A DNA stretch of 64,000 bases from Tubiluchus corallicola. Lineage: Eukaryota; Animalia; Priapulida. Location: NCBI GenBank assembly GCA_030141605.1, contig JAQGDQ010002370.1, positions 27,167 through 91,166 of the forward strand, given 5' to 3'. Made by a program: the position numbers and the translations under genes. The notes under the pieces were generated by a model. That model saw nothing but the letters and a program-made list of their open reading frames with translations, had not been told where the DNA came from and searched no databases. This document shows, piece by piece, positions 41,948 to 54,732 of this stretch (positions are counted from its first letter, which is position 1; every line of letters begins with the position of its first letter).

Positions 41948-44542
41948 ATGGCTGGGAAGCAGGAAAAATTGCTATGGCTGTTTTATCAACTTCTTCATGC
42001 ATACGTTGGTTGTTCTTTAATAAACCAGGTATCTACACAACTGTGTCCTCTGGAGACAAGGAAGACGAGTGTTTGTTGGTGCACCAGCACCAATCCACTT
42101 AACATCCACTGTGAAAACAGCAATTTGGAAAGCATCGACGAAGCACTGCAAAGTGTAAACAAAGATAATTTCATCACCAAACTAGTGATAGAGTACAATC
42201 AAATCAGCACTATTCCTCAGCCAACACTTTCCCACCTCAAAATAAAGGAGCTTCACATTGTAAATAACAACTTGGAAACGATTGCAGCAGAAGCATTTTT
42301 AGAATCTAGAGACTATTTATTAGAGCTGATACTGAAAGAAAACAACATGGCGCAAGTTCCATCTGCAGTATTCGAAGGTTTGCACAATCTGAAAAAACTA
42401 GACCTTGGTTACAACATGATCACGAAGCTCCACAATTATGCATTTAGTTCTTTGCCGTCAATGACACAGCTCAAATTAAATTCAAATTCCATAAACAGCA
42501 TAGCTCACAATGCCTTTAAAGGGTTAGATGCACTGCAAGAGTTAGATTTACGGAACAATAACCTAATGAACATCACTTCGAATGCATTTTGCCATTTAGA
42601 CAGACTTGCTATACTCAAGTTATCTCATAATTACATTACAACCATCCAAAACCAAGCATTTAGCAGCCTCATTGAATTAGAGCATCTCAACATTGCTTAT
42701 AATCAGGTAACCACAATAGAAGAGCATGGCTTTTCCGGTCTAGATAATGTTACATTGCTATATCTGCACAGTAACAAGTTAAAAGAGATACCAAAAGAAG
42801 CACTCAATATGTACCAACTGCAGTATTTAGTACTGGGGGCGAACGAAATAACATCCATACCTAATGACAGTTTTCGCAATCTTCCCAATCTAATGAACCT
42901 AAACTTGGATGCTAATGAAATCAGTAACATATCTGATGGGGCACTAAATGGGCTGGAAGACAGCCTCGTCTATCTACATCTCTCACGTAACCGTATTAGT
43001 CAATTTCCGTATACAGTAATAGCTAACTTAAGATCACTGCATGTGCTTAATTTAGGTAACAATGAAATACAAAATATCAACATTCCACCCAATAGCTTAG
43101 AGGAATTTAAAGAAAACCCAGGAACGCTTAACTTGGAAGGAAACTTGCTGACAGAAATTCCAGTATCAGCACTCTATGGATTTACTAATTTATGGAGCTT
43201 ATCTCTACAAGATAATCAGATACGATGGATACCAGACGAATCATTTTTTACTCTCCGTTCACTAAGGATACTCACTTTAGGCAATAATAAAATCGATCAC
43301 ATCAGCTCAAAAGCCTTCCTTGGGGTTGAAAAGAGTCTTCAGCACCTTGTACTTAGAAATAATCACATTAGTATTTTCCCAAAAGAAGCTTTTATAAATA
43401 TGACCGCTTTGCAAAGCCTTCAGATGGAAAACAACAACGTATACCGATTGCCAGATAACTCTTTCTGTAATATGAAGAGTTTGCTGAACATTCACCTCGA
43501 AGGAAACAATATCAGCACTGTTGACCCAATGGCATTTCAAGGTGGACCATTTACTAGTTCTATAACAGCTATTAATTTATCTTTCAACCGCATAGAAAAG
43601 ATTCAAGCATGGACTTTTTCGAATTTATCTAGTTTACAGAGCCTTGATTTATCTCACAACAACATTAGCGACATACAAGTGAATAGTTTTTATAACTTGA
43701 GCGAAGTTATTGTGATAAATATCAGTCACAACCAGATAAAAGTTATTGAAAATGGTAGTTTTCAGATCATGAAGTCTTTCAGACATTTATCGCTAGCAAA
43801 TAACACAATAACAGATATAGCAGACAGTGCATTTAATGACATTCCAACATTACAACAGCTCGATCTTGGCTATAACAATATTTCTACTATTAAAGGTCAG
43901 CTGTTTAAAAAACTGCAGATGTTGAGCTGGTTAGATCTCAGCCATAATCGGATTATGCGCATGGACACAGATGTGCTGACAAAAACACATGCACTTGGCA
44001 TCAAGACTTTAAGGATAAATAAGAACCCTTGGATTTGTGACTGTCAAATAAAATGGTTGCGTGAATGGTTAGAGTTGTGGAAAAATAAATCGCGCAGCAG
44101 CCTTGCTGATATAGATGAACTAAACAGTATCACGTGTTATGGACCGCCATATTTAATGAATAAGTGTATTATGTGCTTACAGCCGTCGTCATTTGTGTGC
44201 ACTAGTTCAATGAACAATGGTTTCTATGACAACAAGCATTTTGAAACAGACACTCCCAATAGTGATAAAAAGAACAGTGATCACAGTGCTTCTGTGTGCA
44301 CAGGAATAGAAAATGAGCATTTCTTAATCATCATAATACTAGCAAGTTCATTGGGAATGTGTGCCGTTTTAGTAATCATTCTGTGTGCTTATGTGTGCGT
44401 GCTAAAAAGCAGGACAGTTAGTAAAAAAGAAAGAGATTTTATGTCTGTTGTTCCTCCCCCACCACCACCACCCATCCACTCTAGTGAAACAAAGAAGCAC
44501 TTAGATAACTCGGAAACAACAGCAATTGTCACCTCGGTATAA
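41948..44542 (+). CDS. Leucine-rich-repeat type I transmembrane protein (LRRNT, >25 LRRs, LRRCT, TM, short tail; chaoptin/ALS-like eLRR class), single coding exon
   Basis: Intact ORF from 41906. A polypyrimidine-CAG acceptor at 41944 makes ATG 41948 (MAGKQEKLLWLFYQLLHAYVGC, signal-peptide-like) the likely start. It has a CP..C.C LRRNT, repeated LxxLxLxxNxI, an NPWICDC..WL LRRCT, a hydrophobic TM (FLIIIILASSLGMCAVLVIILCAYVCVL), and no TIR or Ig domain. Confidence 0.93.
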   Translation: MAGKQEKLLWLFYQLLHAYVGCSLINQVSTQLCPLETRKTSVCWCTSTNPLNIHCENSNLESIDEALQSVNKDNFITKLVIEYNQISTIPQPTLSHLKIKELHIVNNNLETIAAEAFLESRDYLLELILKENNMAQVPSAVFEGLHNLKKLDLGYNMITKLHNYAFSSLPSMTQLKLNSNSINSIAHNAFKGLDALQELDLRNNNLMNITSNAFCHLDRLAILKLSHNYITTIQNQAFSSLIELEHLNIAYNQVTTIEEHGFSGLDNVTLLYLHSNKLKEIPKEALNMYQLQYLVLGANEITSIPNDSFRNLPNLMNLNLDANEISNISDGALNGLEDSLVYLHLSRNRISQFPYTVIANLRSLHVLNLGNNEIQNINIPPNSLEEFKENPGTLNLEGNLLTEIPVSALYGFTNLWSLSLQDNQIRWIPDESFFTLRSLRILTLGNNKIDHISSKAFLGVEKSLQHLVLRNNHISIFPKEAFINMTALQSLQMENNNVYRLPDNSFCNMKSLLNIHLEGNNISTVDPMAFQGGPFTSSITAINLSFNRIEKIQAWTFSNLSSLQSLDLSHNNISDIQVNSFYNLSEVIVINISHNQIKVIENGSFQIMKSFRHLSLANNTITDIADSAFNDIPTLQQLDLGYNNISTIKGQLFKKLQMLSWLDLSHNRIMRMDTDVLTKTHALGIKTLRINKNPWICDCQIKWLREWLELWKNKSRSSLADIDELNSITCYGPPYLMNKCIMCLQPSSFVCTSSMNNGFYDNKHFETDTPNSDKKNSDHSASVCTGIENEHFLIIIILASSLGMCAVLVIILCAYVCVLKSRTVSKKERDFMSVVPPPPPPPIHSSETKKHLDNSETTAIVTSV

Positions 44543-46242
44543 TGCTGCATTTAGACTGTTTGGTATTATTGTGAAGTTAGTGTCTTTTTATAAAAGACAA
44601 AGTGTAAATTTGTTTGTAAATAATACTGTTGTATTGTGAGTAGTGTTCTGTTATTTTATAGACAGGTAATGTGGTGCAGAAAGTGTTATCACGCTTATGA
44701 AGCAATGAATGTTCAAAAATTTCTTATAATAATAGATAAGATGTGGAGTCTTTTAAAACTTCCATAACAGATACCATAATGGGCAAAATAATTGACAGGT
44801 AACACAGTAGACAAGAACATGAACTGGTGTTACATTTGAGGTTTAAAGTGAACCACTCAAGTGCATTTAATGTACTTGTAAATGAACATATAAATGTTTA
44901 TCGACTTGTGGCCTAATAAAACAAGCATGATCCTAACGAGGTATGTAGCCAATATGGCAATGCTTTTACTTGTTGCTGTATATGAGTTTTTAATACTACC
45001 ATTTTTGCTAACATTGGTCAAACAATGTTAAGGCAGTTGATGATCTTCACAAGCTAAAATTATTTAATTGTCTATTTTACAATGTTTGTTTCAGCAAAGC
45101 ATATAGTCATATGAATATGACAGTTGTCTTGCATAATGATAACTGCCTTGCATTATTATACTGCTCAATTTTTCCCATTTGTGGGACTATGTTTCCATTT
45201 TTCTACAGAAATGGCACCTTACTTATTCTAAATGAGCCACTCATATAGGGCATTAGCAGGCTGTGACGCTTCACAATGTATCATTTTCAAGTAACTTCCT
45301 TTAACTTTACTAAAATATATATGAATAAGCTAGAAAGTCAGGACATGCAAAGTATTGCATGCATGTAGTTATTTATTTTTACTCGACATGAGCTAACTGA
45401 ATAGTGGGGAATCCCATAATGCATCTGTTACAAATTGTCTGTTAAAAATGTTTGTAAACAGCTTTTCACATGTCACCTATTTTGAATGATCCTTTTATTT
45501 CTGACTGTTATCTTGTACATAAATGAAGTTGAAAAAATGAGGAGATGTTTCTTTGTAACACATTTGTCTGTAGTTTTGCCTGCAAATCACCTTGTGCCAA
45601 AGGTCAACAACAGTTTAAGAAAAATTTGACAGTTAAAATCATAGTTTTGATAATGAAATCACACAAATTTCAAAGAAAATGCCCACAATAATGTACAAAG
45701 AAAAGATAAAACATGCTGTAAGTTTCTCAAACTGTTTCCAATGTTGAGTGACTCCTAGCTGTGCACATTAATTTTAGGAAAATGATATACTGATATTAAA
45801 AATCTGATCATGAAGAGTGACTGGTAAGTATGCTGACACCAAACCAACTGTTTTACAACCTTTACTGTCCAGCAAAAATTGTTATTATCATCCCATTTTT
45901 GCTGGCAGACTACTCAATTTTTCCATACATTAGGGAATAAACCAAAAAAGTAAAACCATGGCTTTTCATATTTCCAACAAATTACATGACACACATAGGT
46001 ATACCAGTAAAAGGTGGAGGCAAATGATAAAGTTGTTAAAAAATTTTTACAATATTTTGCTGACATTTCCACTGACATTTGGACCAGTTTCAAAGTTTCA
46101 AGATCACTAGTTTATGCAGTTATATAACATTGCATGCTCTTATATAACTGCTATGATTGCTACACTATGTAATCTGCCAGCATAAAATTTACATGCTACA
46201 CTATGTAATGTGCCAGCATAACATTAACAATGTGTTACTTAC

Positions 46243-49200
46243 CTTTTTTGCCTTATTTAAATAAAATTTTGCATTTCCATAATAGTCAGAACCTTTCAAG
46301 TAATTCAGCCAACCCAGTAAATACCAAACCTGCACAGAAAAAATGCATATTTCTTTTAAAAAGTTGTGATAATCTAAATGACAAACAAAAGTAACTGGTC
46401 CAATCTACGAACAAGAAAATTAAAATCAAAACTTACGATTGCAATTTCATCATCTTCATCAACAAGAAGATCTAAGACTTCATTTGCTTTCTGAAATTAA
46501 AAAGCTTAGTTAATTACATTGTTTTTATTTACAATAAAGAAAACTTTGTTTTACTTATATCATAATTAGGCATGTAGATAAAAGCATTTCAGAAAAAACT
46601 TACATCATATTCTTCTAGTTCAATGAGTAGCTGAGATATTGCTATCCTGCTCTGAATGCTGAGTGAACAAACCTAAATATTAACAAATTTTATTACAGTA
46701 GTTTTATCAAAATGGCATTAAAGCAATAGTTTTCTATAAGAGATGGCAATAACATAACATGTGATTAAAACTTTCAGATTCATTGAAGTTCTGCAGTCAC
46801 TAAACAAGGTTGTGTAAAACTAAAATGCATTTGTTAGATCCATTCACGTTAGCAATAATCTTTTTTATTAGAAGTAACCACTTTGAATAACTGTTTATCA
46901 AGACTGGTTTTAAGTCAAATAGACACATTTGTTCAAAATGGGCTCTGCGCCAAAAGGGGGCCCTGTGCACACGCCCGAGTGGAGGATGCTATGATGAATT
47001 AATGAGTGTCCAATGTGCATGAAGTTTCTTGATACTGTGAAGGAGTGAAACTATTCAGTCTTTCCTCACATATCACCTATATTACAATGTTTTTTGCTGA
47101 TTGTTTGTTCATTTGTTTTATAATTTCAGTTTATTCTTGCAATTTACCTTTTAAAAAAGTAAATGGTAAAAACCCTATATGCATTAGTTAGATTGTCATT
47201 GGATTTTAATTTTGCTAATTTGATGATGATATTCAAACACTCAAAACATAAACAGTGCTGTTAATGAGGTTATATAACATAACGCTTGGAATATAGTTTG
47301 TTTTGTTAAATATGTCCAAACTGTTTATATTGTTCTGCATCATTAGTGGGGCAAACAGCTCCACTAATAATTTTCTAATTTGGCCCTGCACTTCTTAGCC
47401 CCGGCCTACTGTTTACCAAATGCTTTAACACTTCATAATTTTCATAAAATTTCCAGCAAAGATCATGCTGCAGCTGCTAAAAATTATACATCAAACAATA
47501 AAAATTTATAATTTTTAAGTAATCAAACATTTTTAAACCTATTTAGTTTTAACAAATTGTTTTTTATTAGGATAACGAGTTACTTTTTTATTAAAGGGCC
47601 AAATTTTTTGCTGAAAAAGTGTTAAATCACCGAGGTTAACAAATTGGTAGTCTAGGGAGCCTCAAATAGGACAAGGTACAAAGCCTTTACTTGTAGTTAC
47701 ATTGTTCGAAGAGATTTTAACTGAGTGGAGTACTGTGCCTCAGTTTTCGCTTTTGCAAACACGTGCAACGTGCTCGTGGAATATTTTTTGCTGTTGAAAA
47801 TGATGTTAGTTTGTGATGTCATCAATAGTTGTGCTCGCACGCCATTAACTAAGTTTTTAATCTATTATTTAATTAACAGAAATGCTTTTGCAGCACTAAT
47901 TGTGTTAAAATGTATATTTTTTATCGGACTTGAAAATGTGGTAGTATATGAAAAATCATCCTGTCTTCCTTTAACAAAGCATTTCAATTCTGGCACTCGA
48001 ACAGTGTTTGTTGCCTATTGTCATGTTTATATTTTATACCTAAGTGGAGTTCTTGAACTCTCTAGGGTCACCGTTGTGGTCACATCTACGCTCAGTTAAA
48101 AACTTTCCTGTTATTACAACATTAAATGTACACTTGACACAACATCAGAAACATTACGTCAGTTTTTTTAGTGCCAGGCTTTTTAAACTGGCTAATCAGT
48201 GTATAGATACCCAGCTACTAGGATATCTGTTACATGTGCGAGTCTTCAGTCAGAGTGGCTTGTTAGTAAGACCACAGAGCTAAGCTTGTCAGATAAGAAC
48301 CTAATTGACATAGTGTTTCTTAAATGTAATAAGAAACTTGACTAACTGCCTGTACATTGTAATTAGTACTACTGATTATAATATAATTTTTATGTTATAA
48401 ATACTCACTATAACACCACTGCAAAATTGCTATTAAAATGTAAAACCATTTGTAAGCAAAATTCAATAATCAATATTACTCAATAAATTTAGTGCAGTAA
48501 TAAGCAAAATAACACCAAAAATAACAATTTATTATTATTAATCAGGAGTTTGAAAATTGATTAAACCTTAGAATATTTTATCTTGAAACTCTATTTAAAG
48601 ATGTACATGACAACATGAACATAACCTAGGACCCAGCTCAGACACAGACACAATAACTTGGGCAATAAGACTCAAGACTTGAGTTGAATGCTGGTCACAG
48701 TGATTTGAGACTTGACTTGGACTTGAGCCCCAAGGACTTGAAACTCAACTTGGACTGGTACCGAAAGACTTGACTACATCACTGGTGTCAATGTGTATAC
48801 CACAATACGACCAATAATGTCAACAAAAGTTGATACCTCAACAAGGTCGACTTTGGAGTCACTTTCAAGATGCCCTTGCTGAACAGCTTGGAGGTTTGGA
48901 AGCCAGAGAGATAAACCCTTCTCGGCAGATTCTTTGGCTTCCTGTAAAAAACACACATTAGAAGCTCATATATTTCTCTTCAAGCAATAAATCTCCAAAA
49001 AAGTAAATTGTGAGATTCGGTAATTATTGTTGTGTAATCCATTAAATACTGAAGCAAAAATAACCTCTATCTGGGAAGTTAGAAAAGAAATGTTGCTAAA
49101 AGTATTCAAACATCAACTTCTTGTACGTAAAAACAACACACTGTTTTTTCTTAACATGGAAGTAAGATGTTAAAACTGCATTCCTCAAAGCATAACAAAC

Positions 49201-52200
49201 TGCACAAACTGAATTTTAACATATTAGTGTTATTTGGAATCGAATAATCCATTGCAAGAAAAATGTCTTTGGGTCTTTTTGTTCATTTTTTAGTGTTTTA
49301 ACCAGTTTGACAGCAGGAAAACAGCAGATAAATAAGTAAGGATAATATCAATAAACATAATATTTACATGACAGTAAATAGCAAAGTATGACAATTATTA
49401 AAAGTGATAATGTCGTCGACATGTAAGACTAATTTTCTTATTCAGACTTTTTGCATTTTTTTACTCAGTTCATTATTCATTACTAAGGTAGTGTATAGTG
49501 AAAACTAAATCAATAGAGCAAAATGTTATACTTTTGTCTCATAATGAAGTTTAAAAAATATTACCTCACGGTTACCTATAGTAGTAAGAAAGCTTGCTTT
49601 TAAATGATGAGCTTCTGGATTGCCTGGATCAGTTTCTATGGCTTTTTCTATATAACCTTTACAAAGATGCTCTGCATTTTCTTCAAAACTGTAAATCAGA
49701 TATTGAAGCCTTCAAGAATGATAAGATAAGACATAATATGAACTTCAAAAGGTGACTGGATAAAATGGGCAAACAAACAATATTTCGTATTCCATAAAAT
49801 TTCAACTTTCCTAAGTTACATACATAAACTCATAAGACCAAAGTTGTGCAAATGCTCTTTCTATTCAAATTATAATCATACAGCTCAGCAACACCATTTG
49901 CAAAAATGTAGTTAGCTAAAATTTGGCAGACAACTAGAACTAGTATTTAAAAATCCCATGTTTCAATATCTAATGAATAGGATTTTGGTTTTTGCCATTT
50001 TTTACAAAAAAAACAGGAAACCTATATTATTGAATTACAGGCTTTACAGGAGGGTAATGTTTATAATCACACCAATTTTGAGTTATACTTCCTTCATCAG
50101 ATCTGTAAGTAAAGACCCCAAGGCAAAAGAAATTTTGCTCACCAACAATCAGTCATGTATATTTCTGCAACAGAACAATATGCAGAAGAGATTTCAGTTA
50201 ACGATGGGAAACTGGAGACATCCTCAACGCCAATTGCACCATCTGCTTCTGTCTGGAAAAAGTAGTGTTTAAATAGCTAAATTAAAAAATGATATAAACC
50301 CAAACAAAGCTATTTATTTACTACCCAAGTGCTACTTAACAGTAATAGTGCTTTGTCACTCTTTCCTGTGCTGTTATACGACTTTCACAAATAGTCCACT
50401 AGATTTCTCATTTTTGATTCAGTGCAGTGGCAATCACAATCACAAGATGATTTAGCAAGAGGCTTATGAGCGAAATATTGTCTATGAGTAAAAAATCAGA
50501 AATGTTTATTTGCCTTTATAAGAAAATCACGTCATAACAACGTATAACAATTTCAAAGGTCATATCTCTACTTAAAAAAATACAGGGCAGGCAGACATTG
50601 CTGTTAGAAAAATGAGAATAAGAGTGGAGAAAACAAATCATATGGCAACTATTAAAAATACAAAATTAATGCAATTTATATCAAATAAAAGCAAAAGGAA
50701 ACAAAACAATTTCAAAATTAAGACACATGTACAACAATGACATGTAATCAAAGTAAATAATAACTACTCAAGTGGGCAACTAAAAAATAACTCTGTAGTC
50801 TGCTTTACTGCAACCTAGAGACACAGAGTTGATTCTGAAGTTCTGAAGACACAGATCTAAGCTAAGTTACTAAGTTACTAGCCTGATGAGTGCCCAAATA
50901 CTGCTGCTAAGAATAGGTACCATACCTTATTTTCAGAATCAGCTGACCTCTCAGACAACATGATATCAATGGCTTTTTGATAGCACTTAACAGCTTCCTG
51001 TCCTTTAAGAACTTGCCCAAGACACAGAAACTTTGTATGGCCTTCATCGGGTGAGAGACTGACTGCCCGATTTAAATACTAATGAGAAGAACAAGGTAAT
51101 TTTATGTAAAGGAAACAGCACAATCAGCTAGTTTACAAGTTAAAGATATTGTTAAAAATGGCACAAATGTACTTTTAGAAAATGTTTTTCACTGATTGTA
51201 GAAGCATATTCAAAAACTGCAAGTAAAGCAAGATTGTTTCTTTCTGAAAAAGTCGTGATTAATTGCAAAGGCATTTGGTGACAATTCAGTGTGCAAACAA
51301 AAAAAACATTTGTCCGTATTCATGCTATAATAAAATCAAAACACCTCTCTCATTACTAATCAGTGCCTTATTTGGGAGACCTGTATTAAAAAACAATTGG
51401 TGAAGTATATTCCAAGTATCTGCACGTAGTAGACTAGTTTTATGCACAATACACGATAAGAATGAGTGTACTAACAATTGGAAGGCCACATTCAATAATT
51501 ATGAGCACAAAAAGCAATTTGTCTGGCAAGAGAATACACTACAGTGATCACTGTATTACAACACTATAGTTATTTATTAAAGCAAAATGTGTGATCTCTG
51601 ATGCAACAATGTCTAATCCATCAAAGCTGTAGAATTTATAAATCTAAGTCTTGCTAATTACAGCACTTTTACCTGTAATGCGGCATCCACATCTCCAGTT
51701 TCTAAAAGAAGGCTTGATGTAGTTTCCAATACTTTTAAATTGTCAGGTTCTATTTCCAAAGCTCTATGACAAAATTTCTGTGCCACTTCAATGTCAAATC
51801 TGTCGAGACATTCACGTGCCTAAAATAAAATAATCAGAAGACATCTCAAAATTTTGTTTGAACCATAAATTGAAAATGAATTTTAGAAATTGAAACTAAT
51901 AAACAATGTTATTTACACTTACATGAACTATATGGATTGATAAAGGTAAAGCAACAAAATTTACTACTTTACCAACTAATTACCAAATAGAAATTTGCTG
52001 CTAAGTATTTTTAAGGTCGTCTTTTATTAATACATTACATCCAAGAGAAAAGACAAAATTAGTTCTCGTGCTCTAGGAGAAAACTGAGATTTACTGAACT
52101 AATAATAATTAAGTGACTTCACTGACTTGCTACTAGAAGCACCTCAGTGAACTAGCACTTCTTATCAAAACGTATATTTTTTGGAGACCACTCTTCTCCG

Positions 52201-53399
52201 TAGAGGTATATTCAGGCTTAGAGACATTATGCTTCAGTCATCTACAGCTTATAGCTAAACTCGCACGTGCATTTGTGCAGTCAAATACTTGTTTATTGCA
52301 CCAGAATGTGTAGCTATGGTACCTTTTTGCAAGCAGTTGAAAGACTAATAAATGCATTTCGCTCTTAAAAAAATTGACCATTTCTGTAAAGGTGCCCACT
52401 ATAACAATGTACAGGGGCACTCAAAACGTTTGACAGAAACACGCATAAAATTAAAATGAATAAAAAGCATGGATGGCCAGTAACAGGATGGCTGCAAATT
52501 AAGAAAGACTTCAAAATTAAAACAGTACAAACTTTTTCTAGTAATGCATTCACTCCAAACTTCTGTTTGGACTTTTTGGTTGTTTTCTTGTGTTGTCTTG
52601 CATTGCTTTCTTCATCAGGCCTCTGTGAACCTATGTAGCATACAAAATGACATTAGATGACCAGGTTCGTGGTTGAGTGGACAGGCATTTGCCATTTATG
52701 AAAGTAATGTGTGTTGATATTAGCTTGGTTTGGGTTTGTCACTCAGAATTTACAGGATATCTTTGACAGCGAGCTAGGCTCTAGTTATGCCATAAACACA
52801 TTGTTGAGTAGATTCACTTTTTGAATCCTGGATTTCAGCTTACAGTGTGCCAAAGCACATGAAAAACCATATACATTTAAGCCATATTCATAAAGAATGT
52901 AGTGTAGTGTAGTGTAGTGCACTGCAGTTTATCGTAGAATAGCATAGTGAGGTGTAGCGTAGTCACTGTAGAGTAGTGTAGTGCAGTTAAATGCAGTATA
53001 CTGTATTGAAATGCAATGTAATGAAGGGAGACGATGTGTCGGGGTATGTTACAATGCAGTACTGACTAGATCATCAATCAAGACAAACTGCATTTTCCCA
53101 CAAATACTTTTTTATACTTGGATTGTATTGGAAATGGTTGACAAATCAAATAAAAATGACTAATGACTTAGACTAGCTGATGACAGATGACTAAATGATT
53201 AACTTTCCATGCCTAAAGGCTGTTACAGCTCTTAAATCTTCTCTTTTTTTAATGAGTTTACAGTCATATCAGAAGTTTTTCGTTTAAACCATAATCATGC
53301 TGCACTAAAGAAACTGAATGAATTACTGTAATTATACCCACCTTTTCTGTGCAGTCTTTTTGGCTTCCTTGCTTTTGCTTTCATACCATGTTTCCCCAT
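46243..53399 (-). CDS. TPR-repeat protein, probable assembly chaperone of ribosomal protein L4 (Acl4-like); 10 coding exons, terminal exon not located
   Basis: GT-AG exons 53399-53342, 52630-52533, 51819-51673, 51078-50926, 50252-50143, 49688-49565, 48941-48837, 46672-46604, 46490-46437 and 46329-46243 splice in frame (335 codons): MGKHGMKAKARK...AQKFCHRALEIEPDN...SPDEGHTKFLCLGQ...SSAYCSVAEIYMTDCCFEENAE...LLIELEEYD...DEDDEIAIVWYLLGWLNY...YLNKAKK. The AEIYMTD.C.EE.AE and VWYLLGW motifs match my recollection of the Acl4 family. Confidence 0.88.
48660..48784. mobile_element. End fragment of an hAT-like MITE with GACTTG repeats
   Basis: Clustered GACTTG/GACTCA motifs ending in GACTTGACTACATCACTG; the other end is not seen. 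Confidence 0.5.
52898..52985. repeat. Degenerate (GTAGT)n microsatellite
   Basis: Direct reading. Confidence 0.8.
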
Positions 53400-54732
53400 G
53401 ATTTTCTGAAACAAACAAAAAGTGACAGTATTCCCAAACTAACAAAATAAAATTCTTGCAAAGAACGCAAACAAAATTCATAAATGTGCACATAGTGCAA
53501 GTATAAACATAATAACTAAAATAATATGAACATAATTTTTAACAATTAAGTACAATATTTTTGATATTCTGCATAATACAAACAATTATTAAAGTTCATC
53601 AGGCTTCATACAATAACTCTGATATGGTGCATCCCCATAACAATGAATTTTGTTAGTGGCAAAAAATATTAAAGTAGGCAACAAGCCTTCACTTAAGTAA
53701 ACTTAATATTTTGCAGCTGTCTTGGAAAAAGTAACCACAAAAAGCATGTGTTTTTCCTAATTTCTTACAATTGCCTAAGTGTCCAATTGTGTCTCCAACA
53801 TACCCTCAAATTTAAAAAAAGTGCTAAGGAAGCTTGCAGTGCTCCCCAGGTTCTTAGCCACTATCTTCTAGTATCTCCTGGAATATGACTTTCAAATTTG
53901 ACAAGTGGTCACATGCCATTTTAAAATTCTACATTTCCAAGAAAGATTAATGAGACTTCAAATTTAATAAAGCAATAAAAAAATAAACAAGCTTTTCCTA
54001 AGTTACATAGTTTGGAACTGAGTAAGAAAACTAATATATGTCAAAATTTTGCAAATACTGATAATTATCTTTAAAAAGTTAGGGTTATCTGCCTACAGGT
54101 TAATGACAGCTCCCTATTTGCTGCTGACAGTGCAGAAACATAAGCTATCAATTGAATGTGAACATACAGATCCGCAAAAGTCGCTATGATTATTTAACAG
54201 CTAGCTAGTATATTTAAGACAAATATTTAAACAAATAATATGTAATGGCAATGGCTTTTAAATATCTATAAAGCTATAGATTTTTTTACTGTAACATGTG
54301 ATGAAATTCATCACATGTACTGCATCTTTACAAACATTCATATCTCAGTGGCAAAATACCAAGTATGCTACTACATTCAGACCATGCAAGTCTCGAGTAC
54401 AAGGTGTCCACAACCTATGCAGTTTTGATCTAAACATTTTGTTTGTTACTTGTCGGGCATTATATAAAAATGTAGATGCTTGTCCATTAACATGCACTGC
54501 ACTTTTTATTAAATGCGCATTTTGCACTTTCCATTCTGTCTTAGAAATACAAAACCTATAATAGTACATTTTTACGACTCTGCAGGCCTTAGTTGCAAAC
54601 CTGGGGTGCACCAAATCATTTCCAGCAATGCCCACACCTCCTAGGCCCAGCCCTGTATACATCATATTTATAATTAATTTTAATGATAATGCATACATCA
54701 TATTTATAATTAATTTTAATGATAATGCATAC

